A program made the position numbers and the translations under genes. From the NCBI RefSeq assembly GCF_964355755.1, contig NC_092670.1, positions 19,144,795 to 19,208,794 of the forward strand: a DNA stretch of 64,000 bases. The letters are read 5' to 3'. Every line of letters starts with the position of its first letter. The stretch's first letter is position 1. Of the stretch, positions 44,901-53,029 are shown one piece after another. The notes beneath the pieces were generated by a model that made no database searches, had not been told where the DNA came from, and worked only from the letters and a program-made list of their open reading frames with translations. The stretch comes from Antedon mediterranea. Lineage: Eukaryota; Animalia; Echinodermata.

Positions 44901-47847
44901 TCACATGAACTGCCTTAAGTGTTCATGCAAATTTATGTAAATTAGTTTATTCTGCAACTGGTTGCATATGTTCTCAAATTCATCCTTTTTGTTCTGTTCT
45001 TATCTTTGTATACAGAAATAGGTTACGTCCTGGCTTTAGAAATTTCAAGCGTCCTCCCTACAACTATCTCTTTTTAAAAATAGGCTCTAGTGGTCTTTCT
45101 AATTCTCCTCACTCTAATACCTCTGATGTGTAATATCAAAGTGGCTCTAATTTAAAGTTGCAATACTTCTTTAAATATTAAAATCCAAATTCTTAGGAAT
45201 AATAAGAATTAATGAATTAATGTAAAAGATTATTCATTTTAAAATAGAAAAGCAACATTAGTCATTTTAAACATTAGTCTTTCTAAACTCTTTGGCTTTT
45301 TTTGGTTTGCCAAATCTTTTGTTGTCAATTAATTTACTTAATGTTGTTTTTTCCGTTGCTCACTTTCTACCATTCTGAAAGTCATAAATGAATAATCTCC
45401 TAGTCTCTATTGTACAGACTTCCAATAGTTTCTCCTAGTCTCTAGTGTACAGACTTCCAACAGTTTTAGGTCATTGGATGAGAGATAAAGCTGGATTTTA
45501 TCCTCAAATAGATTAAGAGACTCTTTGGAGTAATAAGACAAGATTTTCAAGCGACAAGATTTTCAAACTAAAAATTTATCTATCTTGCCTGCAAAATGCA
45601 TTTATTAATTTAGGTGATTGGTAAAAGTTTGAAATTAAAATGACTAAAAACTGTTATTTTAGAAAATTGGACATAAACTTAGGAAGTAGATAATAGACAT
45701 TTTTCCAATTTAAACGTCCATTTATAATGGTGGTCTCATAGCCGCATTATGGTGCTCTTTATTATTCAAATTGTTAATGTTTGTTGTGCCCAGTTAAAAC
45801 TGTAAATAAAATTGATTTGATGTGCTTGGAAGTTCTGTCTGTTTGTGCTCATTTTTTGTCGGCCAATCAAAGCAGAGGATGACAGAAACAGACAAGAATC
45901 CGGCCATCTTGTCTTCAACAACTGCAATTCCAAAATTTTACAAAAAGCTGTTACAGGAAAGAAAGCGATAAAGTATAATGTTGCGTTATATGCATATGTT
46001 TATTTAAGCTTTTTTAAGGATTACCTGTTAGGAAGTGGAACTTATTCAATCCGGTATTCCTCTGTATATTTTTAGAAAAAAATTGCCAAATAATCTTTTA
46101 TAATATATCAATTTTAAACAATTTATAATTTTTCTAATTTGAGACTATCAACAAATTAATTTAAAGAAAGATAATATATTTGTCCCATCTTACAAGTGAA
46201 TCTAGTAACTTGTCTAAACTAAACGTAAAATATAACTTCTCTAACTGCTTACTATGAATAACATTTTAAATATCAGATGAGAATAAGCCACTATATTAGT
46301 ATTCCTAAATAGTTTAACATAAATAATTATATCAGTAGAAAAACGAGCTGATAATGTTAGACACGATGATGTTACATTTTGAGATGTGGTGAGAACTACT
46401 AAAATACTAGATAATTGCAGTGAACAAAATGAAAACAATTTGGATTGACAATTAAGTTTCTAAATAGACCTTTTCTGTTCCTACATCATATAATAAAAAA
46501 GCCCTGCTATAATATTGCTTAGTGGAAAGGAGACTTCAACTTGAGCAAAAATTATTATCTTATTATTACCTACCTTTTCTATTTTAACCTCTTTTCAAAG
46601 AGGTCATTTTCAAAGAATGATGGGATAGTCAACAACTGACACAATGACATTGTTGGGTAGATGCTCAAGCAATGTTTATGATTAAATTACTCCCATCTCT
46701 TTAGTGCCTCACTTTTTTCAAAATCTTGAATCCACCACACCTATTTTGTTATTTTTCTCTTTTACCGAAGAAGTAGATCGATAATTGCATGGTGTCAAAA
46801 GTGGCCTGTTCCATCATTTCATTGCTTATTCATACCCTCTATCATTAACCAATCAAATCTTGTGTTGTAAACTGGTAAGCTATTCTACTGTCTGCATCCA
46901 TTTTGTTACTGTTTTCCTTCTACAGAAAACTGGTAATACCACCATCACCACCACCACCAAATCCAGCAAAAAGTGAACTCCTGAAAAATGATCCGACTTC
47001 ATTTTAGTTTTTTTCTGGTAAATGTTTACCCATTTCTTCTTAGCATGCTGCTTGTTCTATCTTTCTGTATGTTTTTGTTTGTATCTGTTCATTCTGTCTT
47101 CATTTAATATGGTTCTTGTACCAAGAGGTCTGCTGATTGCATTCCAAACTTTACTTTCATTTTTGCAATATATATCTTCTACTTTAAAAAAAATCTAATA
47201 GACTGTAGATACAACTTTTTAAATGTAAACTTTTTGTAATTCTCAAAATTTTAACTTTTTTTAAAGTAATGCATTTTTTTTAAATTAAATTTTTACTCAT
47301 TTAAAAGTATTTCTTTCCAATATAGTTACCGTACGACAAGAGTTTTAAAAACTTTATTTCAATTTTTCTAAACCTAAATTATTTATTTATTATCTTTGAT
47401 ACAATGATCCAAAAGAAATATTTTAAAAACTATTTTTCTAAATGTGTTTGCAGTGATTAGTTTAGTATAGTATTAGCATTTAGTTACATAGGGAAAAATT
47501 AAGAAAATTTATGACCTAAAATGAAACAAAAAAGTTAATATAGTTTACTATTTCCACAATAAAGACAATAACTTATTTAAGTACAGCAATTCGCTTAATA
47601 CTGTTTACTGATTAAATCCAACCGCATGTTTTCAAGCACATAAATTACTGGAAATAAATTTCAAATTGAACCCTGACACCATGTCAAAGGTTGCAACACT
47701 TTTGAGTGTTAATTATAATTATGTTTTTGGTTACAGATTAGTCCAAGCTATTCGTCATTTAGATCTTATTCAACAAGTAGTAGTGATCCTCACGATCAAA
47801 TATCAAACGGAAACGATTACAAACATGATGAATTCGAAGAAGAATAG
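2904..47847 (+). CDS. MYH: Myosin II heavy chain, striated-muscle type (multi-exon, ~1,940-2,090 aa depending on isoform)
   Basis: Frame-consistent GT-AG coding exons: 2904-3083, 3407-3550, 8462-8618, 11094-11121, 12315-12420 (P-loop GESGAGKT), [14752-14853 | 14938-15027] (switch I NSSRF), 16832-16895, 17105-17203, 17408-17511, 17899-18037, 18309-18427, 18758-18907 (switch II DIAGFE), 19371-19541 (relay), 19878-20066, 20413-20539, (23211-23219), [24032-24087 | 24207-24256] (loop 2), 26887-27092 ([16 protein letters not shown]), 27292-27412, 27580-27716, 27943-28024 (IQ motifs), 28186-28359 (VKPLL head-rod junction), 28500-28580, 28933-29061, 30548-30670, 30814-30900, 31458-31603, 31829-31919, 38257-38313, 38795-39048, 39383-39707, 40025-40354, 40447-40663, 40858-41098, 41215-41407, 41761-42090, 42318-42488, 42607-42807, 43186-43335 (or to 43824), then terminal 46926-46976 or 47737-47847. 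Confidence 0.97.
3642..3967 (-). mobile_element. tRNA-derived SINE with Deu/Nin-type central domain
   Basis: Minus strand reads ggtgagtgagTGGCCGAGCGGttaag (A box)...GGTTCGAGGC (B box), then ctcggataaggactataaaccgtaggtcc...gtgcactttaaaagaacc...gagtagggggttaccccggtg. This resembles the DeuSINE/Nin domain as recalled from memory. Ends in a short (TCAA)n-like tail. Confidence 0.75.
4944..5001. promoter_or_regulatory. Candidate intronic muscle enhancer (MCAT + E-box + CArG)
   Basis: GGAATG (TEAD/MCAT) at 4944-4949, CAGCTG E-box at 4975-4980 and a perfect CArG CCTTATATGG at 4992-5001 lie within 60 bp in an early myosin intron. Confidence 0.45.
9390..10422. mobile_element. Degenerate non-autonomous DNA transposon (Harbinger-like termini) containing an 85-bp tandem repeat
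   Basis: Left end gggcccgttcggacgggactgaaa is imperfectly complementary to right end tttcaatcgccgtacgaacacggtc, with TAT on both flanks. The interior is GC-richer than the host intron. Confidence 0.45.
9821..10079. repeat. 85-bp tandem repeat, ~3 copies
   Basis: Unit gttcggctcgcacgataaatacacgtggtgatttttacaagaggggtacagtgcgtgtacattaaatggaatttccacaacaata starts at 9880, 9965 and 10050, with an internally deleted copy at 9821. Confidence 0.9.
13747..13880. mobile_element. ~135-bp MITE family A, copy 1
   Basis: TIRs agctctgtctacactatcaaact...agtttgatagtgtagacagagct, flanked by TA. Confidence 0.85.
14752..14853 (+). CDS. MYH: Myosin mutually exclusive exon A (end of loop 1 to switch I): [34 protein letters not shown]
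   Basis: CAG acceptor, GTAAGT donor, phase 0-0, homologous to 14938-15027. Confidence 0.9.
14938..15027 (+). CDS. MYH: Myosin mutually exclusive exon B (end of loop 1 to switch I): [30 protein letters not shown]
   Basis: TAG acceptor, GTAAGT donor, phase 0-0, 84 nt downstream of exon A. Confidence 0.92.
20111..20253. mobile_element. MITE family A, copy 2
   Basis: ctttgtctacactatcaaact...agtttgatagtgtggacagag; carries CCATATATGG at 20161-20170. Confidence 0.8.
20628..20728. mobile_element. MITE family A, copy 3 (internally deleted)
   Basis: gctctgtctacactatcaaa...agtgtagacagagct. Confidence 0.8.
22058..22212. mobile_element. Small degenerate inverted-repeat element (MITE-like)
   Basis: aagcttggttgttactaggatgcaatgcaa...aaacgcaacg is imperfectly complementary to cgttgcgttt...ttgcgtcctggtgggacccaagttt. 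Confidence 0.5.
22689..22931. repeat. Degenerate ~30-bp tandem repeat (taaaacccagtagggcctac core), ~8 copies
   Basis: Recurrent (a/g)cccagtagggccta motif with short AT-rich spacers. Confidence 0.85.
23211..23219 (+). CDS. MYH: 9-nt myosin loop-2 microexon (adds three residues, G-K-Q-S/R junction)
   Basis: Branch point GCTAAT, long polypyrimidine tract, CAG|GAAAACAAA|GTAAGT. Phase 1-1 and frame-preserving between 20539 and 24032/24207. Confidence 0.7.
24032..24087 (+). CDS. MYH: Myosin loop-2 mutually exclusive exon A: (G)[18 protein letters not shown]
   Basis: TAG acceptor, AGG|GTACGG donor, phase 1-0, canonical [10 protein letters not shown] loop-2 motif. Confidence 0.92.
24207..24256 (+). 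CDS. MYH: Myosin loop-2 mutually exclusive exon B: (G)[16 protein letters not shown]
   Basis: CAG acceptor, AGG|GTTCGC donor, same phases (1-0) as exon A, homologous T-[VI]-S-A-x-H-R end. Confidence 0.8.
29118..29249. mobile_element. MITE family A, copy 4
   Basis: agctctgtctacactatcaaact...agtttgatagtgtagacagagc; carries CCATATTTGG at 29192-29201. Confidence 0.85.
31241..31380. mobile_element. MITE family A, copy 5
   Basis: agctctgtctacactgtcaaact...agtgtagacagagct. Confidence 0.85.
32942..33288. repeat. ~200-bp tandem duplication (2 diverged copies)
   Basis: atttcaaaatttgcttgacttt...gtcagcacat...tatatctgtaattaa at 32942-33089 and again at 33141-33288. Confidence 0.85.
33847..33888 (+). 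CDS. MYH: Probable internal alternative first coding exon ([14 protein letters not shown]) for a headless myosin-rod isoform
   Basis: AAAATG start and CTG|GTATAA phase-0 donor matching the phase-0 acceptor at 38257. Upstream CArG at 33539-33548, GC box at 33635-33640 and TATTAAAAA at 33643-33651. Confidence 0.5.
36025..36402 (+). promoter_or_regulatory. Candidate internal promoter / 5' UTR of the headless myosin-rod isoform
   Basis: ATTGG boxes (36026-36030, ~36091), GC box GGGGGCGGG (36143-36151) and Inr-like TCAGTCAGTT (~36198). Locally GC-richer than the surrounding intron. Confidence 0.5.
36403..36603 (+). CDS. MYH: Internal alternative first coding exon (67 aa, Ser/Thr/Lys-rich) for a catchin/MRP-like headless myosin-rod protein
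   Basis: [25 protein letters not shown]...GAKELYQ has a strong AAAATGG context and an in-frame TAA 12 nt upstream. The CAA|GTAGGC phase-0 donor is in frame with rod exon 38257 ([17 protein letters not shown]). Confidence 0.78.
42826..42960. mobile_element. MITE family A, copy 6
   Basis: agctctgtctacactatcacact...tttgatagtgtaggcagagcc. Confidence 0.8.
43336..43824 (+). CDS. MYH: Read-through alternative myosin tail (162-aa acidic, Ser/Thr-rich non-helical tailpiece)
   Basis: The ORF stays open for 486 nt past the ACG|GTAGAG donor at 43335/43336 in AT-rich DNA, with coding-like composition; stop TAA at 43822-43824. Confidence 0.7.
   Translation, partial: VESDADSESETEDFDFESEYHLITTSVSRDRRLQRMAVNTRDNLSLSTKGILSRLDLKVDNDLLSSIESKLAASPTRPVINTLKSLSLDDRAGKLDTSISVTKSSETDDVSTATDEAPKLPPTESIPQVETSEVKQEAVASSTEQSEKTSDVLPSESSDPAK
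46926..46976 (+). CDS. MYH: Alternative myosin C-terminal exon: [16 protein letters not shown]
   Basis: Polypyrimidine tract plus CAG, phase 0, with a donor CTG|GTAAAT at 47017/47018 after the stop. Confidence 0.72.
   Translation, partial: KTGNTTITTTTKSSKK
47737..47847 (+). CDS. MYH: Distal terminal myosin exon: [36 protein letters not shown]
   Basis: CAG acceptor, phase 0, Ser-rich tailpiece ending in acidic residues as in many invertebrate myosin tails. AATAAA signals follow (e.g. 47892, 48924). Confidence 0.78.
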   Translation: MSPSYSSFRSYSTSSSDPHDQISNGNDYKHDEFEEE

Positions 47848-50139
47848 GAAGAGGAAAGAGAAATAAATAATTTAAAACAAATAATTATAATAATAAACAA
47901 TGCAGATCCCACAAAAAATTAAAAAAAAAATATCCTTTAATAATAATTCGGAATATTTCTGCAGTCCCCGACAGCAGGATATGAACTCTGACCTCCGTAC
48001 CTTCTCTGACTAACTGTAGAAGGTGGACAAGAGTGTCTTAACTGTTAATAACAATTATATAATAAATAAGTGTAAATTAATCCAAATAGTTTATTTAAAA
48101 TTATATAGTTTATAGAATATTTATAGCACAATATTTAAGCAATATGACATTTTTTTTTTGAGTGATTGGTATTTAAGCAATAACCTGGTGATTGATTGCA
48201 TGATTGCCAGGATATTTTTTTTATTGCATTCATCCGTCCAGTGCCTTACCAGAAAAAAGAAAAGAAAACTTTCTTGTAATTCTGAAGAAAGCCGTGTTTT
48301 AGTTATATAACGGCGCATGTATTACGTCCTATGCAACATTTTGGTCACTTATGACAAAAGTAAATAAGTTAAAACTTGTAAAGTAAATTTTTATTATAAT
48401 AACCGAATGCTGGCTAACACGACACGGTCCACCTTATAGCATAGTGAGACCATTATGGAGGAGAGATAGAGGGAAGAATATCTATCACTTGTTCTACGAA
48501 CAAGATGACATTTGATATCAAAAAATATATTAGATGCTTGACTGCTATTATTTTAATTTTTGTCTATTGTAACTTTTGTGTTGATTGGTAAATAGATAAA
48601 TTTCCTTGATGGAATTTTTCCTGTAGTATGGGTTTTTCTTTTAGTTAGGGGCGACCACCAGTATATGGTAAAGTGGAGATTGCCCTCTATAGGACTGAAC
48701 CTGCTGTTATGTCTAACCATGTAAACGCTATTGGTTTATGCATCACAATAAATTTAGAATATAGAAAGCACCAGATAAAAAAAGCTGTTTTGTCTCCAAC
48801 ATTGTTTTATTCATGGTCTGTATTCGACTGAAAAAATATAATTGTGAGAAAAACAGTAAAGAAAATCAAGGTTTGGTGGTTGGTTGGTGATGGAAGACCT
48901 CTACTGTACATTAGTAGTGATTCAATAAAATTAGATTCAAAGTTACAATCTGTTTTTGTCTCTTGCAACAAACATGAATACACAATTAAAGTATGCAAAT
49001 TTATGTTTTATGAATGATGCCATGAACTGGAATTTTGGAAAAAATCTACCATTTCACGGTATTGAAAACAAATTAAATACACACTTGTACCACTTGTGTG
49101 GAAAATATATAAATTAATTTTCAAACAACCCAGTAATGTCATTCCTGATAAAGACTCCATGTCAGGTAGACGACCATTTTGAATTTAAATAATAGAAGTA
49201 TGGATTTATCTTAAAATTAACTACCGACTACTTCAAGATTAATTCTATTAATGTCTGAATTTGATTCTAAACCAAGTATGGATTTACCTTGGAACAACAA
49301 TACAAAAATACAAAATTTTATTTATCATTATGTTTTTCCGAGACAAATTAAGTTTGCATAAGATTACAAAACAAATATGCATAGTTTGCAATTGTGTTTA
49401 TATTCTGTGTGTTTGCATGCAAACATTATCTATTATTTATCTTTTATTTTGGTTTAATTTTTGGATGAAAATAGAACTAGTGTACAGTAGAACAAATTGG
49501 ATGTACAGAGTAGAGTTAGTAATGATTGTATGCTGAAGAACTTCTCGGATTTGAATGAAGAAAATAGAATCAACAATTGGCATATCTGCAACTTCTTTTG
49601 GTTAGACAGCGATACACCTTAATTGTTATTTGTAAAAAGAAATACATTTTGGCACACATGGAATGTCATACCTGAACTTAAGCTGCTGGAATATCGAAAT
49701 TCCTGCTGGTGGTGCTCGTAAAGGAATTACAACATAAAAAAAAATTAAGTAAAACAACATCATAAACCAATATACTAATATTAACATTTTATTATACACC
49801 ATTAACTTTATATTACAGTACTTTATCATTTTACAGAAATTCCAACAAGTCTCAAAAAGAAGGCATTTAGAATGAGAATACCATAAATAAATTGGTAACC
49901 AACTTAAAGAAGGCCTGATAAAAATCCTGTTTATTCATTTCATTACCAAAACATGCAATTCCAGTTAAAATTATTGGAAGATCTTAATACTTCCAACTGA
50001 GAATAGTTTGATAGCAATAGTTTCACTGGTGGGCAAAATAGACAGACATGTTTGAATGCTTACACCATGACTGTACCCATCTAACATCATTACAACGAGT
50101 TTTTTTATATTTTCCACTGCATAGAATTCTCATTCATCC

Positions 50140-52476
50140 TCATGAAGCTGGCACCATTTCTGCCTGCCTGTTTTTCTCTCTTTTCTTCTCCCTTTCGATT
50201 TCTGAAAAATACATCATTCATTTTTTATACATCTCACAGATTTCCTTGTCCTCTTCATTGTTTATAGATTGATTAATTTAAAGCCCCATTCCCTACGTTT
50301 TTTAGATCTAATTTAAGATCACAAACTATATTTAATGTAAAAATAATACTATATGGTCCTATTGCGATAACTTTTTTCGTCTTTAAACGGTTAAAAATGT
50401 GAAAAATAAATCGATTTTAATAATTATAGCGGCCCGCTATAAATCCCAAAATGCATTGCGCGCGGATTGATATTGTTGTTTTTCACCTGTAATTCGCCCA
50501 CTTTTCGATTGATCGTGAAGCCAAAACAAATGGAAGACTCCTAACTTTTCAGCAAAAATACTGGGTTTTCCCCAATTTGTATCAACGGAGTCTGGCAAAA
50601 ATAGAAAGACAATTAATGCAGCAACTATACAACGTCAGACTAGGTATATAGCTAGCGTACGATGTTCGTACGTTACCGATGTTTACCAGCTAGGCCTACA
50701 AAACTAAGCCTAGCTAGGCTAGGCCTGAGACCGTCCACGAGAGGTCGATCGCCGCGAGCTACTTAGGTAGTGCATTGTTTCTCACTTTTTATCATAATTT
50801 ACCATAAAACGTACATTTAAGACAAGGAATGACATGGTTTAATGTTTTTAAAGTGATATATATGTATTATTTTCCAAAAAACGTCCAAAATTGCAGGGAA
50901 GGGGTCTTTAAAGTACATCACTGAATCGGTTAGAGTTTATCAGCAAAGTCACTGACAAGTTAGTACTCATGAGGTATGGAATGGTCTATGTTACACTGTC
51001 TCCAGGAATTCATTTCATTGTACACAATTTAATTTCATAATGTTTGAATTTGATTCTAAATCAAGTATAAATTTACCTCAAAATTATACTTTACTTGGAA
51101 CAACAATAACAGATAAATGCCATTATGTTTCTCCAAGGTCACTGTTAATAATGATAGTCAGTACCGTAATTGCAGTTCACTCATGGAGTATGAAATGTTC
51201 TACCATGTCTACAAGGGAATTCATTTATACAAAAAATTGTTATGACTGAAAGAATGTTGCACTGTACCTGGTAGTTCATCTGTGGGTACTTTTGGTAGGA
51301 CAGGAACACTGGCAGCTTCTTCTGCTGCTGTAATCTCATTGAGTTCTTCCAATATGGCTTCCTCATCTTCATCCGTTAAACCACCACTAAGTAGACTATC
51401 AATTTCCTAAATAAAATATTTCAGAGTTGATCTTTAATGTACATAATCAATACCTTAGTAAATAAAATTACGGACTGATAAAATAACTTACGTTTTGATA
51501 TTCAATTCCTTCCCTTGTTTCATCCATTATCTTTTCTACATCTTCCAACGACATGATCTATAAAATATTATTAACACATTTTGTTTCACTTGACTTATTC
51601 ACACATTTTTAAAATTAAAAAATAGTTTTCTCATGTATGGTAGCACACCCAGAAGGTATCTAATCCAGGGTACTGTATCCAGGGTACTGTATCCAGGGTA
51701 CTGTATCCAGGGTAGTATCTACTACTGTACTTCATTATGTTTCATCCAGGGTAGCATATCCAGGGTTTACCACTTCATTTATGTTTCATCCAGGGTAGTA
51801 TATACAGCCTCATTTATGCACCCAATCAAGGGTAGCACATCCAGGGCAATTTAACCATGATAAATCATCAAGGGTATTAACCAAGTCACTATTAGTATTC
51901 CTTACCTCGTGCATTTTTTTAAGACTTTCATTACCGACTTTCAGTCCCTCTACAACCTTCATCTCAATCTGAGCAAACTCAATTTCATCAACCATCTTCT
52001 CCAAGTTTTCCAACTGTCCATCTGTATTCTTCAACAATTGTTCTTGATACCGTTTCTTTTTCAGAAGCACAATTGCTTTACTGTAAAAAAAAATTAAATT
52101 CCAATACAATCATACTTGAAAACATTGTTTTTCTGCTGATGTTGTACAATTATGCTACATGAAACTTACTCTTTTTTTCCATTTTTTAATAGCTGTTTTG
52201 CTACAGATCTTTCTTTCTCCAGATTTTGTTCAATCTTCCGTTGATATTGTTTTAATTTATCTCTTTGTTGTTTTAATTGCTAAAAGAAAAAATGAAAATG
52301 TATAAAAACGTGTAGTCCTACAACAATTATTTATTATACTACTAAGATATTTTTTTAAGAATGTTTAATTTCGTATAGTAATGATAAATAAGCTTTTTTA
52401 AACTTACAAGAACTGCTTTATCCTGTTCAGTTATCCTCGTTGCAGGCTGCTTTTTTCTACCAAACAGATTGCCCAT
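50140..52476 (-). CDS. CHMP6: Charged multivesicular body protein 6 (ESCRT-III VPS20), 206 aa
   Basis: Exons 52476-52408, 52279-52170, 52080-51906, 51557-51492, 51406-51268, 50201-50140. N-myristoylation-type start MGNLFGRKK..ITEQDKAVLQLKQQRDKLKQYQ and Snf7-family motif EFAQIEMKVVEGLKVGNESLKKMH. Confidence 0.95.
50282..50907. mobile_element. Non-autonomous TTAA-flanked DNA transposon (Kolobok-like termini) in the last CHMP6 intron
   Basis: TTAA|AGccccattccct...agggaaggggtCT|TTAA, with imperfect TIRs and no ORF. Confidence 0.65.
51663..51846. repeat. Degenerate 14-bp tandem repeat (atccagggtactgt)
   Basis: About four contiguous copies at 51663-51718, then spaced atccagggt copies. Confidence 0.8.
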
Positions 52477-53029
52477 GATGTATTGGTGGTAGGTGGTCCA
52501 AAGTTAGTAGTTCTGCATACAACGTTTAATATTACATTATTTATAATAGCAAAACAATGAATTTGTAAACTATTTTATCAAAGAATAATTATTGAATTCA
52601 GTAAATCTTATTGAGTAGGCTTAGTGACGAATAAATAACGAAAAGGGATTCTTTATGTAACCGAGATACAATTTTTGGAGTAAGTAGTTTTCTAGGCCTA
52701 GAATGCATAGAGGCAGTCCTGCCAAGAGTCCAGCACCACGGCGACCTAGAGCTTATGCATGGAATTAGGCAAGGTGGCCTAGCCTAAAAATATATGAATA
52801 TTTAATCAATAAAATGTACCTAAATATTAATTCGTTATGTAAAAATATATCTAGAACATTTCAGTCATATAATATTAAAATTCAAAGCAATACAAACCAC
52901 AAAATAGACAAACAAGTAAACACTCACTGACTGAATGAAGAAATGTTGACACCACCCAAATATTGGTGGCGCTGTCTTAATTACACTCGGGGTTTCCCCT
53001 TTTACATTACGTCATTCTGACGCAACAAG
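52477..53029. promoter_or_regulatory. Bidirectional promoter region CHMP6/GFER
   Basis: Divergent ATGs 553 bp apart. ATTGG box at ~52962, CRE-like TTACGTCA at ~53007 and YY1-like AAGATGGCTGC overlapping the GFER ATG. Confidence 0.65.
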
